DNA of 64,000 bases from Phoronis australis (lineage: Eukaryota; Animalia; Phoronida). The notes under the pieces were generated by a model, which did no database searches, was not told the DNA's origin, and was given only the letters and a program-made list of their open reading frames with translations. The DNA is taken from positions 508,896 to 572,895 of the forward strand of contig NMRA01000083.1 of assembly GCA_002633005.1 (NCBI GenBank). Reading direction: 5' to 3'. The stretch's first letter is position 1. Each line of letters starts with the position of its first letter. Positions 1-13,305 of the stretch are shown piece by piece. The position numbers and the translations under genes are program-made.

Positions 1-233
1 CACGATTTCTTATAATATTAGAGACTGCAATAATAGTATAGACACGACATTTTTGCCACCTCAGTTTTATACTAACAATGCGCCAACAAGTAAGGATCGA
101 TACCAGGATCGTTTGTTCATGATCATGTGTACTGTATACTTATGTATAGGAAGAAAAAGGCTACAAGTGTAGAATAATAGTGTAGACTGGAAATTTGCGA
201 AAAAATTAATAATAGTATAGAATGGAATCAATG

Positions 234-2211
234 CAGGGCTCGACATAACAAGCTGCATGTCGCATTTGCGACCTGAAATTTGGAAATGCGAGCTGAGATT
301 TTTGTCAGCTCGTATCAAGTCGCTAAATGCGACCTGGAATTTTCAATTTATGCAAGCAGCAGCAAGCTGAGTTTTTACACTTCTCGGGAGATACCTGGCA
401 GTAGCAAATAAAAAGCCACTCTTGTTAATCCGACTGTTATTTGGTTGTTGCCAAATCCAAGTTCAAAAGAACACCAACCGCTGCCCTCCCGATGACTTGT
501 GATGGGCTTTGCAGAATCGATCTTTGAGGCGTTTCATGGGCTAACATTTTCGACCACTTTTTCAAATTTCCGGATTCGCCGAAAAAAGTTTGGGGCCACT
601 GTGTAGCACGTGATAAAACTTCACAAAACAGCGGTGTTTCTTAGTACTAATTCTTAAGCGATCAACTTACCAAACTTTGTGGTGGACAAATACGATTATT
701 TTTCGTGTAAGATGCCCTTATTACATGTACCAAATATCCACGACAATATCCCTGATATCACACCGCGGCACTGGTTGGTCCCGTTGTTAGCACGTCAGCG
801 GTTCCGGAAGACAATGGTGACTTAGAGATCGATGTGCGTCTCGTTTTTATCACGTAAGACGGCCAAAGTGAAAACGGCAACCCTATCAATCGCCAAACGG
901 ACCACCGTAGCCGTAAAATGTTCAGACTCTAATAGAAGCAAACTTGTTCTGGCTGAAGCGAGCACTAAAAAGCAAAATTATTCCGAGTGACTAAAAAGGT
1001 ACAGTGTAGGTGGAAACGATATCCAGAAAGTCACACCTACTAGATGGAGTTTGCCTCGCAAACATTGCGGTCTTTTAATATCTTATTACTGCAAACACTC
1101 GGGTTAGTTAACGACTATGCTCACACTCACGCCAACTCCCTACCTTTGAAGTGTTTCATAATAAGCGCTCACTTATCTACTAAGCGTTCCCCCTCAACTT
1201 TGAGAATTTCCAATTAAGCGTCCAAAGTTCTGGCTAGTGCCCATCATAGCACACTACAAACGACCGCGCGTGGTTTAAAATTGACGCGCAGGCTATATAG
1301 TGTGTCACTCTAATTTTACATCAATTCAGTTTTCAAAAAAAGTCTTTTCTCATTATGAAAAAACAAAATCCCGGCTTGTTGTTTTGTGACTGACATATTT
1401 TTCCCGTACTTGGAAGGTATTGAGAAGCAAACTCGAATTACCCGATGGAATCCCGCACGGAGTCGGGAATTATTTAGAGGCTATTCACATCATGGAAAAT
1501 TAATTGTTGAGTACGTAAACAGCATAAGTGCCACATTTTTGTTGTGAACTGCACTGAATTGTTCCCGCACATCCAAGTACGTCATTCAGTTAGGGCATCG
1601 TTTCACAGATTTTTTTGACAGATGTTTTTCAAACGTCGAGTTAAGTCACAGAATTTGGGCTGCAAACAAAAAGTGGAGGGAATTTACACTCGGAGTTAGT
1701 TTAGATCTTTAACGACTGTGATGACAGCCAGTAGCTGGTCAGACCTAGCAAAATCCCGGATACTTTTTCAATGGGCATTTTCTCCCTTTTCACATCGCAA
1801 GCTTAGCTACTCGGAATGCACGTGTCAGTTAGAGAGCACTGATTCAACTTTCACTTCGGCAACTTGCCTTGCACTCAAGAGCCTTTCAATGGTGGTCGTG
1901 AAGAACAGTAACGCCGTACCCAATGAGCTATATATATTTAATTCTTGTTATATTTATCTCATTGACCGTACCTGCATGAACGACTTGGAACTCAATTTTG
2001 CGACCTGAAATTTGTGAGTATTTAACGCAGCAGGTAAGAACATAATCTAAATATTTTGTCAATGATCTACAAATCAATTTGACGCGTAAAAATGGGGGAA
2101 AAATTTTGCGACCTGGCATTTTTGAATGCGAGCTGGATTTTGAAAATGCGACTCGGGAGTTTGGCTAGGTCGCAATATGGGACCTGACGATTTGAATAGC
2201 GTCGAGCTCTG
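234..2211. mobile_element. Non-autonomous hAT-like DNA transposon with 5-bp TSD (hAT5-type)
   Basis: TIR CAGGGCTCGAC (234) / GTCGAGCTCTG (2201-2211), 1 mismatch. Flanked by direct repeat CAATG on both sides. Repeated subterminal TGCGACCTG/TGCGAGCTG motifs at both ends. No intact transposase ORF. Confidence 0.7.
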
Positions 2212-2351
2212 CAATGGTATATATAATGGTATATACGGCAAACTTGGGGAAACTTTAAAAATAGTATAGATGGGAATAATAATAATATTGATAACACATT
2301 TGCGTAAAATGTAAAATGTTCGCGACGGAAGCAAACTGGCATGGCTCATGC

Positions 2352-3070
2352 TAGCCTTGGTACAAAGCTATATACTAAATATACAGCTTTGCACCGATGT
2401 GGGTAAAAAAGTGATAAAATAAAATCTGACACAAAGTCAGTGTCATTAAAAAGTAGAGCCTTCCTTGAGTTAACTAAATTATTTAACGTTGTTGGAAAAA
2501 ATGGCGTTCTACCGTTATTCTGCTGTTAAAGTTGTGGAGTGATTTTTACCGACAGCTTTCGGCGCCATGAAATATTGCGTCACCTATTGGCCAGTTTCTG
2601 TTTTCGCCGATTCTTCAATCAATTGTTCTTTCACGAGCTTGCGTACACATCAAAAAAATTATTGGAACTGATTTCACTTCATTATAAGCTTTTAGCATTT
2701 CGATACCGAAAAACCGAATTTCAGAACAAATTTTGCTGCTGCGAAGTTGTCGCAAAAATTTAGGAAATGGCGCGTGCGTGTGACACGAGTGTACTGTTTT
2801 CAAAACGACGACATACTTTTCATTGTTTATTGCATTGTTTTTCACGTAAATGGCTGTGTAACGGGCAAGGTGAGTGTCGGTTGATTCCCAGATTTTGCAT
2901 GCACCCCGTCCGGTCTTTAGCTTTACATGTTGATACAAGTTTCACAGCGAGGTGACGAGCAGAACTACTCTGGCTGTGTGCAATTTCGGGGTCTACGGAA
3001 GAAATACACACAGTGGTACCTAGCTATATTTTGACGACAGTTTTCATACAGCTAGCTGGCTGGCTAGGCT
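2352..3070 (+). mobile_element. Interspersed repeat family A (about 720 bp, TAGCCTTGG...GCTGGCTAGGCT), longest copy
   Basis: Recognisable homologous copies at 4545-5180(-), 5205-5420(-, partial), 32105-32316(-), 32324-32839(-), 54200-54670(-) and 55060-55341(+). ORFs 2820..3011 and 55055..55318 are translations of this repeat. Confidence 0.8.
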
Positions 3071-3313
3071 CGTGCATGACTCAGCTGATAAGTCTTATAA
3101 TGCACAACTTTTCATTGGGCAGCGAGGTATACATACATTTGTCGCTACTAATGAGAATACGGTACATACTTGGGAGTCCGATTATTTAAGCTTTGAAATG
3201 TACAGTTGTATACTTAACGAATAAAATCTTTTTCATGTGCATGTTATTACAATTGACTTCCGTGTGTACCGTGGAATTGTATGTAATCTTTAAATTGCTA
3301 ATTTGTTAGTTGT

Positions 3314-3367
3314 GTCTCGTGGTCTAGTGGTTAGGACTGTGAGTTCTCACTTAGGCAACCAGGGTTC
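3314..3367 (+). pseudogene. tRNA-Glu(CTC)-derived fragment or SINE head
   Basis: GTGGTCTAGTGGTTAGGA matches the D-arm/box A of eukaryotic tRNA-Glu. TCTCAC anticodon loop, then GGGTTC. T-arm and acceptor 3' half are missing. Confidence 0.5.
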
Positions 3368-4274
3368 CGCGCTCAAAAAATTTTGAGTTACAAAATGGTA
3401 TTCAAGAAATGAGTAAGAAACAGCCAACTCCAAACTTCATCTTGACCAAATAATTGCGGAGGAGTGAAAAAACTATCTATAATTAATAAATGTAGAGACC
3501 CAAATAAACTTCGTATAGACTGGAAAGAGTCTGAAATGAATAATCGTATATATATATTTTTGGCTATTTGGAACTGAGAGAAGGCAACACGTAGGCAATT
3601 ACATCGCCCTGGATGCAGCTGGCATACATGGGCGATAGCACATCTCCACAAAATGTTACTTATTTCAAAATATAGCAAATAAAATCAAATGAACCAAACA
3701 TATTGGAACATTGAGTTATAATTACAATGAAAATCTCTCGTGGTTTGCTCGAGTTTCTCTTATCTGGTGTCATTTTGAGGAAGCTACGTGAAATCACACA
3801 TGTTGACAAATAAGAAGTCCAAGGGACAAATCTTTCAAATTTCACCTGATACCTTCTCGTGCTATTTTACAAGTGTCCCCCGCTAATGTCATGCGCTTCA
3901 CAGTCTTGCGCTAGCCTTTGCCTAACTCACGTGACTCAGTTGACATACTTTGTGGTTATCGCGCATGTGGTGATAAAGTTAACGGCAACCAAAAAAGTGG
4001 AGTCGGAATTCTTCGCCTAAGTCACTTTATTCCCGCAACTAAGCTTCATCAAAGATATGCATAGAAGTAGAAAGGACCAATGAAGAAAGTAAGCGATTTT
4101 TTAAGTGATAGTTTAAGTGTGGAATGTATTTTTGACGAGGTGAAAACTCAAAATCGGTGGCCGGATTTGGCCTACCGCCTGTTCAAAATACATGGGACGA
4201 AATTCATACAGAAAGTGGTGGGAAGTATTGTAGCCTCTAACCAGCCAACCGAGGGGCTCCGTGTTGCCTATATA

Positions 4275-5740
4275 GGTGAGTTACCGATTTTGAGAACTGA
4301 ACAAGGGACTCTTTGAAGAAAAAGTTTGATAACGGGATTATTTGTTCAAGTTGGAAAGAATTAAATACATCGATGGCCTCCTAAGGTGCCCCCCTGTGTG
4401 CAAAAGGTATTTCTAGCAATGTGGCTTTGATGTTTTAGTTAGTGCAAGGCATAATTCGCCAAAAAGCTTTCGGCATATGAAGCGCCTATAGGAGCTCCAT
4501 CGTCTTTACTGGCTGCGCCAGCAGAGATGATGGTCATTGTCTAACTGTATGAAGTCTTGTCAAAATACAGTTAGGTACCACTGTGTGCTCAGCACTGAAA
4601 GACCTAGAAATTACACACAGCCAGGGTACTTGTGTTCATCACCTCGCCGTGAAACTTGTATCAACATGTGAATCAACCGATGCTCACCTTGCTTTTTACA
4701 GCCATTTAAGTGAAAAACAATCTAATAAATGTCACTTTCTTGGGTAATTCTCTGCCTTTTGTAACAAAGCAAAGTATGTCATCTGTTTGAAAGCAGTACG
4801 CTCGTGACACATGCATGTGCCATTTCCTAAATTGTTGAGACATCACTTGGTAGATGATGATAGCTTTATCAGCAGCCAAAGTTCTTCTGAAATTTGGTTT
4901 GCTGGTATCAAAATTTTAAAAAGTTATAATGAAATAAAACAGATCTGATTTGTCGTGACGTGTACGCAACCTCGAGAAAGAACAGCAGTTGATTGAAGAA
5001 TTGGCAAAAAAAAAATGGCCAACAGGTGACGCAATAAACATCGGTAAATAATTTAGTTTAACCAAGGAAATGTGGAATTTTTAATGACACTAATTTTGTG
5101 TCATATTTTATCTGGTCATTTTTTTACCCAGTTTTGGTGCAAAGCTTTATATTTAAGTATACAGCTTTGCGCCTAGGCTAGTCCGGCTCCAGCTTGCCTG
5201 CTACTGCTAGTTGAAGACTATCGACCGTCCCAATCCGATCATCAAAAATACTGCTAGGTACCACTGTGTGTCGAGTTCCGTTTCTCCCAGAAATTTCACA
5301 CAGCCCGGGTAGTTCTGGTTATCACCTGGTCGTGAAACTTATTTCAGCATGGCAACATGTAGGGCTAACGACCATTGGGGGTGCATGCAAAATCTGAGAG
5401 TGACCCGTTACTCACCTAGACAGCGACCACTGTTTGAACCAGCCTTCGAGACGGTGAAGCTCCAATAGGTGCTTCATACGCTGGAGACTTTTTGACAAAT
5501 TATGCCTCTGAGTAAAACATCAAAGTCACAACTTACTGTAAGTACCTGTTGCGTATAGAAGGACACCTTATAGGAGGCCGTTAATGTCTTTAATTCCTTC
5601 CAACTCAAACAAGTATTACCAATACCGTAATCAAACTTTTTGAGCAGTTCCTCGTTGAGTTGTCCAAATCGGCAATTGGCTATTTTTACATTGCGTGCAC
5701 CAGGAGATATGACGCCTACTCTCCACAATACTAGGAGGCT
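4275..5740. mobile_element. Composite repeat cluster: family B arm (4275-4545), family A copies (4545-5420), inverted family B arm (5440-5740)
   Basis: AAGTTGGAAAGAATTAAA near 4350 pairs in inverted orientation with TTTAATTCCTTCCAACT near 5590. The family A homology lies between the two arms. Confidence 0.7.
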
Positions 5741-6236
5741 AATCTACGTAGTTCCCTATGTGTGGAGCCGAGTAACTCAGGTGCTGTATTTGGAACTTGG
5801 GGTTGTGTACCAGCTGCATCCCTGCTGCTTTCTAAGCCTTGCGTTCATCACTGTAGTCAGCTTCATGCAATCTAAAATACTGTTAGTTTTCTATTATTTT
5901 GAAACTTATTGAGTTGACTAAGCTGTTACTCAGTTTCACATTTCAAAAATGCAGCTTGTAGAGGATACATTAAAACACTGCTGGTTATTTTGTTTCTTTT
6001 CTGTACATACTCCATTAAATGCAGTCTTAACATCCTTTAAGCAATATATGGTAATACGAAGAAAAATATACAATCTGTGAGATAATGAACATTTGTGTCG
6101 GTGCGACTTATTAATAATTTCGATATTCTGAAATTGTCTAGTATTATTATCAGTTTCCATCTTTGATTTTAGCGTGGACGTTGTGGTTACCTGATGATGG
6201 TACAGTAATGACGTAGACTTGGTTGCTTCACCAAAC

Positions 6237-9200
6237 ATGCCTCGCAAAGATGCTGCTCATAGTTCTGGGTCACTCCCAGTGGATAACTACAGGAAGCAAA
6301 TTGGTAGGGCATTCTGTTTTTGTCAGCAAACCTTCTGTCTGCCATATATTAAATTTTTACTGTAACAATATCTGTGGCCAGGCATTTTGTCGCATGGCGG
6401 TGTAATGATTGATTTGGGGGTACTTATAGTTGAAAAGTTCTATACCGTACTGGTGTGCAGCTAAGAAAGGTTACTGATTCGGTCATTGCCATACGCTGCG
6501 ACGAAGGAAAATATGTCTGTGTAAAATTTATATATGTTTTCCAAAAGTTAGATCATATTTTGTCACATCTTGGTTGCCGACCACCATACAAATGACCGGA
6601 GAATTTCCGGCCAGCCAGGCCCTATTCCCCTCTCAAAAATATTGAAAAATCACACTAAATTCCCCGAGGCCTAGAAATTTTCCTAGTGATTGAAAATTTC
6701 TCTCTGAAGTTCAAATCATCTGTGACCACACTGGTTACAATTTGAAAGAGCACAAAATGCTACATGAGACAGAGCCAATGAGAGCTTGCAACAGGGTGGG
6801 GGTGCTATTGTTGATGATCGGGAGGTAGATTTTTCCCCTCACTCAGCAAAAAAATTCCCCTCTCAGAAGACACTGGCACCTTTCCCCTCGGGTGACTGAG
6901 GCCTCTAAAGAAACATGATAACTTTAATGCTTGCTCTGTCCAGTTAACTGTTTGAGCTCAAAAACAAGGTTATACTTTGGACGAACAAATTAGGTGTTTT
7001 AATTTTAAAATTCAACTTGGTCCAGATTGATATTTGAAACCTAACACATGATATAGACAAAAGAATTATTAAAACCAAGAAACCAGAATTGATGGTCAAA
7101 TAATTTTTATTTTCAATTACGAGCCTGTTTTTTATTTTAATAACAAATATATTCAATAACATCAATTATTTTTTCGGATCAGTGACAAATCAACTGTTAG
7201 TCCTGGTAGTCCCTACCACACCAGATGTTAATATTCTTGTTCAACAAATTCAACTCGCCAGCAATATGAGCAGATGACCTGGTTCATGTAGAAAGCATTA
7301 TCAACGATTTACAAGAAGAAATGTAACCCTGCATTCACCGTAATACCTAATCAGTAACACTACGATCGTCGCAATTTGGTCATATTTACTTTTATATTTC
7401 GAACCTAGTTTTCCAAAAAAAAAACTTATATCCTTTCGTCAGACAACTCTTTGGTGCATTGACTTGTTCTCTAATATATTTTTCTACGTCTCTGTGGTTA
7501 ATTATTGACACATTTTTAAGATTTAATATCCAGGTTGGACTCAAAAGACCAGCCATTTAACTCACGCAATGTCAACTTCTGCTTTGTTTATCGTAGTAAG
7601 CCTCGCTTTGGATTTTAATGTCCGCCGCGTGAATTAGGTCTATAGGCTTTTAATTGACAGCTCTTTGCAACATTTCTTGTTACAGTGAGCCCTGTTGCAA
7701 TCATACTTGTAGCAAATATGCGTTGCAGCACGAGACCATTGGTGACGACTTACTCGAAAAATTTGACATTTTAATGTCAGGTTAGATTCTGCTTTTGAGG
7801 GACGAAGCGAAAATAACGACTTAAAAATGACTACTTAGCCTCAAACTTTTACATGGGTGTGTAATCGGGACCAAGAAAATGTGATGACTTGTGCAGAATA
7901 ACAAGTTGTGCAATGACGAGTTTAGCAAGGTTGCTTGTGTAGTCTTACCCTGGCTGGCGTTAGTTACAGAATTGTTTCAAAATTTGGTCATGAGCATTGG
8001 AATGGAGCCCGTGCTGTTACTGAAACTGTAAACTTCTATGCTGGGACGCGATTCTTTGTCCATCATTCACTTGGCAACAAAAGTGCCACAAATTTAGCAT
8101 TTGATCAATGAAAACACAGCTGTATTGAACAGGTTGTGGTAAATGTTCTTGCCAGCTGTTTATACAACCTCCAAATAGCCATTTGTAGCTGTTTCAACCT
8201 GTAGCGTATCTGTCATATGTAAAAATAACTTTGACTAAGATCATGTAAGGAGCATGCTAAGACCATTTTTACTGGTCATAGCCCTAAATTAAAAGTCAGT
8301 GTTTCATAAGGTGGCCGAATGTCAATTTCAAGAGTGCTCGACTACATTGTCATGAAAAATGCTGTACTGGTCTAGCTGACAAAAGCAACTTTATGGACTC
8401 TTAATACAATAGAAGACACAGTGTTGTGAAAAGTTACACCCCAATGATTGCTGGATAATAACCTTGCGATTCTCTATCCAGCAGTCTGTATCATACCCTT
8501 GACAAAGAGCGCATCGCTCCAAATGTGAGGAACATTTTAATATATTGTAGTACCGACGCTTGTCATTTTATTTTTACTATTTTATATTCTTATCCATCAG
8601 TAACTGCATGGCATTCCAGCATTTATTTATTGAATAATCATTTCTACACTTTATATAGCCAAAAATTTCCCTCGGCAACAGTCAGATATAACATGCCTAC
8701 ATTTTGAAAACCAGTTTGATGCTGGTGTAATTCAGCGGGCCTATTTATATCCGACTGTTACTGTGTTTTACTGTAGACCTACGCAAAACATTCGCGCACC
8801 CAGGGTGGCTTGGGGGCTCAAACGAGCCCCTCCCCATTTGGCGAAGTGGGCAAAAAGATCCGCCTCAGAGAAACAAAAAGTCCTAGAAAACGAGACAAAA
8901 GTCCACTAAAAGGGCGTAGCCACACAGTGAAGGTGGTACCCCGCTTTTTTGTCAGCAAAAGGACGTCAGAAATTCGAACCCCCCAATTAAAGGCTGTGTG
9001 CGCACATGCAAAAGCTTTATTGATATCGTCAAAACAATTCTACAGGGAAACAGGATTATAAGAAGAGCAAAAGAGAACTGAAGGATATTAAACATCGTAA
9101 AGAGGCCAAGGAATCAAATATGCATATGAAGGTACTATGTTCTGTTTGTTGGAATATGAAATTGGTTAAACCCGTTTTCTAACTTTCTCATATCTGGTGG

Positions 9201-9690
9201 TTTTAGTTTTATTTGACATAATGAATGTCCATGTGTTGAGTGAGGATGAATTTCTTGGATTATCAGTGTGTATGCCTGCTTGTTGCTTCTTCAGTGTTGT
9301 TCATAGTTCAAGGGGCAGACTTCCTAAAACCGCTTTGAGGTGGGGATGTAGTATTATGTCTAAAATCTCGTGGCCAGTTTACACCAACCATCTGATTTAT
9401 ATACTGGCATGACGTTTCAGTCAGTCATTTCTCCAGCCATCTTCAGGTGTTACAGCATAATGGCAACTAAGAGTTGTATTTATCTGTCAATTATAATAAG
9501 CCAGACTTTTAGAGTCCACACTAGTAATCACACTGGGTAATTCCAATGCCTTCACATGACATCTTTACTGTCTGTATAATCTTGAAAACCCATCTTCTGT
9601 TTGCAGGACGTGCTGCTGATGTTGATGTCCTTCCTAGCTCTACTTATAGGTGTCTATGCACTATTTTACTGGTACCTGTCTCCAGCCTAG
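6237..9690 (+). CDS. TRIQK: Triple QxxK/R motif-containing protein, 78 aa, 3 exons (6237-6303, 9046-9131, 9607-9690)
   Basis: GT-AG spliced ORF with consistent phases: MPRKDAAHSSGSLPVDNYRKQIG-KQDYKKSKRELKDIKHRKEAKESNMHMK-DVLLMLMSFLALLIGVYALFYWYLSPA*. Matches the remembered vertebrate TRIQK (MGRKDAATIKLPVDQYRKQIGKQDYKKTK...C-terminal TM helix). AATAAA at about 9799. Confidence 0.93.
8789..9008. mobile_element. Small MITE with 5-bp TSD in TRIQK intron 1
   Basis: TIR CATTCGCGCACCCAG / CTGTGTGCGCACATG (12/15). Flanked by CAAAA on both sides. Confidence 0.55.
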
Positions 9691-11026
9691 GTGAAGAGAG
9701 AGGATCAGAGAGAGGTCTCACACTTACCTTATTTAAAGAACAAATGACTGTCAAGAGTATGCACATGAAATTCGTCTGTCAAAATATTTTCATAATTAAA
9801 TAAAATTTACATTATATTATTGCATGGTTGTTTTTTTATTTTTGATGGAAAATATGGAAAGCCAAAATGAAAAAAAATCCAAAACACTTATTTTACTGTG
9901 TAGAAATTGAAATAATTTCCAAACCAAATATTTTCAATTCTCTTAGGTAAAATAAATTCACTAGGATTTCTTTTTTTCACTCCAGAAATTACTCCATAAA
10001 TTATTAAAAAATAACAATAACACCAGAAACTGTGGTGCAAAATTAACAAAACTCAAAAATTAAAACACATCAGTGAAAATGTGATAATGTTGCAGAAATA
10101 AATTTCACTGGCACATGCCAGGAGATGAGAGACTACTCTGGAAAAGGTAACCATGATAATGACGTCATTCAATCGCCAAAAGCAAAGTGACTGAGTCAGA
10201 TGAAGAACATCTGAGTGGCGCTCCGAAAGATCAGGTAACTATAGTCAATCATCCATAGTTCAACATAATGTGCTGAGAGGTTTGTATTTGTTGCTGAGAA
10301 GTTGTGTAACTGGTACCAAAATCATCACTTTGAGATGCCACGTGCTCCTTGATGGTCACGTGCTCACGTTCTGGCATAGTACGAAGTATTTCAAATGAGT
10401 TATTTACGTATGCACAAGTAGAAAAAGTACTGGTGCATGTTTTATTGTAAACTTTTTTTTTGACAAATCGCAATCGACAGAGCACATTAGATGATCGGTG
10501 TCAAGTGGCTGTTTACACACACGCACACACAGAAACTGGTAAGACTGAAGTTTCAGGCGGGAATATGGGAGTGCTTATGTGCAACGATCACAAGAGCCAC
10601 AGTTGATTGTTGGTGTTGTTGTTGTTATGGTGCTTCTAATTCGCCCAGTGTATGTAATTTGCTTAAATGAATTGTTTTTTGATCTGCTCATTATGCAAAC
10701 CTTACGCTAACAAGTGGACGAGAAACTGAGCACGGTTTACCCCCCAGTGTATCCAGCGAAGTCCTCGGCACATCAAAGGCTTGATGGTGCCATCACAAAT
10801 TGAAGTGAGCTAGTGGATATTCACAGGCTTGGCTGGATGAGATAATTGCGGTCATAAACCAACATGCCTGTTCATCGTACGAGTTTCAAAGTCAAAAGCC
10901 ATACAATAACTAAGTCAAACGACCAACATAACTGTTTTTAAAATTGAAAAGTAAATACTAGCCCTTTCTAAAATCAAGGCATTATAAGAGAAATTAGCGA
11001 ATAGATTTTCTTCAGTATCACAGCTA

Positions 11027-11105
11027 AAAAAAGTGCAGGTGGCCTGATGCCTTTTGCGGTACATCAGGCGTGTTTTGGCCACAAGGCCGGGCCCATTACA
11101 CAGCT
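11027..11105 (-). mobile_element. Short 3'-end fragment of the LINE or SINE family also seen at 26410-26490
   Basis: AAAAGTGCAGGTGGCCTGATGCCTTTTGCGGTACATCAGGCG...GGGCCCAT is homologous to 26410-26490. On the minus strand it reads as a hairpin followed by a T-run. Confidence 0.55.
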
Positions 11106-11937
11106 AAGCTATGAGCTTTAATTTGTGAATCGATTGTAATGACGGGTTGGTCACTCTGGCTTGTGCTCGTTTAGGCGTTGGGGTAACAAAACCTCAAATG
11201 TTGGTGTAGGAGTTGTCTCATGCTGATTAATGCTTTCATCAGTAGGCTTACTGTACACAACCAAGCACTTGAATTGAACCTAGTCTTGACTTTTCATGAT
11301 GTGCAATATTCTGACAATTTCCTGACAGAATAAGTGGTGGTCAGGGTTAAAACGCAAAGCACTGAGCAGCTGACTGGCAAATCGCACGAAAATGATCACC
11401 TGTATATATATGCGTTTTTGCGCAAGCGCAATAGAGATGATCCCTTCAGCTTTGCCCCAGTTTTGCACTTAGACATATAGTTGACATGGAGGAAGATGAT
11501 TGAGTGCAATTTGCTCTGCTACCTCACTAACAGGTGACAAAAGTTGTCACCATGGTGTCAGTTTGCTTCGCTTCGGTTCTGTTTTTACACATATTGGCAC
11601 ATGATCATATCCTCCATGTCAGCTGTTCCATGTCAACTTCTGTAGTGAACATGAAATGAAATTGCTTACTGGTCTTGGATCATTATTTTTGGCCCTGCTC
11701 AGTGACAACAGTGTTTTGGCCTCTAATTCTTGCACCACAAAGTGTTATGGAATTTTGTCTGATTTAGTTTTCCATAAGAAAATGCTTTACCTTTAAGAGT
11801 TTAATAATTAATAAATTGAAGCCAATTTCAGACAAAATCATGAACAAATATATTACATTACAATAATAGACTTCTTTGAAATGTTACATATAGTAGCCAA
11901 GGGCAAATTTACATACAAGTACAAATAATACAAAGAA

Positions 11938-13305
11938 TAATGAGCAACACGGAGGGTTGAAATGCACCCACGAATGGACCGCAAATGGAATGATTCAAGG
12001 GTTATTGGTTTCATAAAAATAGCCACCAGATGGAGAACAAATGTCCAATCCATCTGAAAATGGAAACATGCCAGTGTTTTTTAATAAAAATCTATTTACC
12101 AAATTTCATAAAAATCTGTCAAAGAACTTCAGAGAAACAAGGGAAAACAGAAAAAATGAAATTACCACTATGGGGCACAGCGTTCATTGGATATGCCTGA
12201 AAGACGTCGTTGTCTGTTGTTAGCTTCACATAAATACAATTACTAAATTTAATAAAGATCCTGCAGTGAGTTTAGAAGATGCAGCTATGGGCGCAAACCA
12301 AAACAAAACTACCACTAGGAGGTGCCACAGTAGTCGAATTTGTCATCGTCAACCGTCCTCTTCACACTGAGAACATATACGCCAATTTCCAAAATCATCC
12401 TTAAAGTGGTTTGGTTGATCGAGGGGTGGATGCCAACAAATACTCGAAAACAGGAAAAATGGCAACTAGGTGGCGCAAAAGTTCCTCGATTCCATCCGAA
12501 AGTGGGAGGATAGCATCATCTCACCAATAAATGACTATATTACAAACTTTCTGATAATCCGTTGAAAGAAACAGTAAAAATGTCCACTAAGTGGTGCAAA
12601 CTACGTCAAATCCATCCGCAAATAGGAGGATAGCGTCATCTCACTAATACATGCCTATATTCCAAATTTTGTGAAAATATGTTGAGGATCTTTAAAGATA
12701 CAGAGGTAAACGTAAAAAAATAAAATTGCCACTAGGGGACAAACCGGTAGTCAGATCTGTCCGAATGTCATCGTCATCCATTGTCAACATCATATAAATA
12801 CACTTGTTGAATTTACTAAAGATCCAGCCAACGGTTTAGGAGATACAACCATGGGTGCAAAAAAAACTGCCACTAGGAGGTGCCACACTATTTGAAATAG
12901 TCAGAAAATCATCAGCCATCCTCTTCATAGTAAGAACATGCCATGGCTCGAAAACAGCAAAAATGACCACTAGTTGGCGCAAACTACGTTGAATCCATCC
13001 GAAAATAGAAGGATAGCATCATCTCACTAATAGATGCCTACATGCCAAATTTTAAGAAAATATGTTGAAGACCTTTGAAGATATAGAGGTATGCGTAAAA
13101 AAATAAAATTGCCACTAGGGGGCACATTGGTAGTCGGACCCATCCGAATGTTCGCTCATGCCGTCCCATTTATAATAAGAACATATTATGTGCAAAATTT
13201 CATGAACGTACGTCAAAGGGTTTTGGAGATAAGAGCAGCGGATGCCGGATGGACGGACGGTGATGATGGCATGTGTCCACGTATAAATATGTGGGCGCAT
13301 AAAAA
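11938..13305 (-). mobile_element. Helentron-associated (HINE/DINE-1-like) non-autonomous element with internal tandem units
   Basis: The minus-strand 5' end TTTTTATGCGCCCAC is followed by a GTCC microsatellite. Internal repeated blocks are anchored on AAATTGCCACTAG(G/T)GG. Homologous to 36138-37218 in the opposite orientation. Confidence 0.75.

Noticed and set aside
1410-1550. TRWN peptide inside the hAT-like element, similar to the hAT transposase TRWNS motif
   Set aside because: Short frame closed by stops, with no other transposase motif. Could be chance.
11205-11265. Hammerhead-like CTGATGA...GAGAC on the minus strand
   Set aside because: The GAAA core is mutated, and stem I and the cleavage triplet cannot be formed convincingly.
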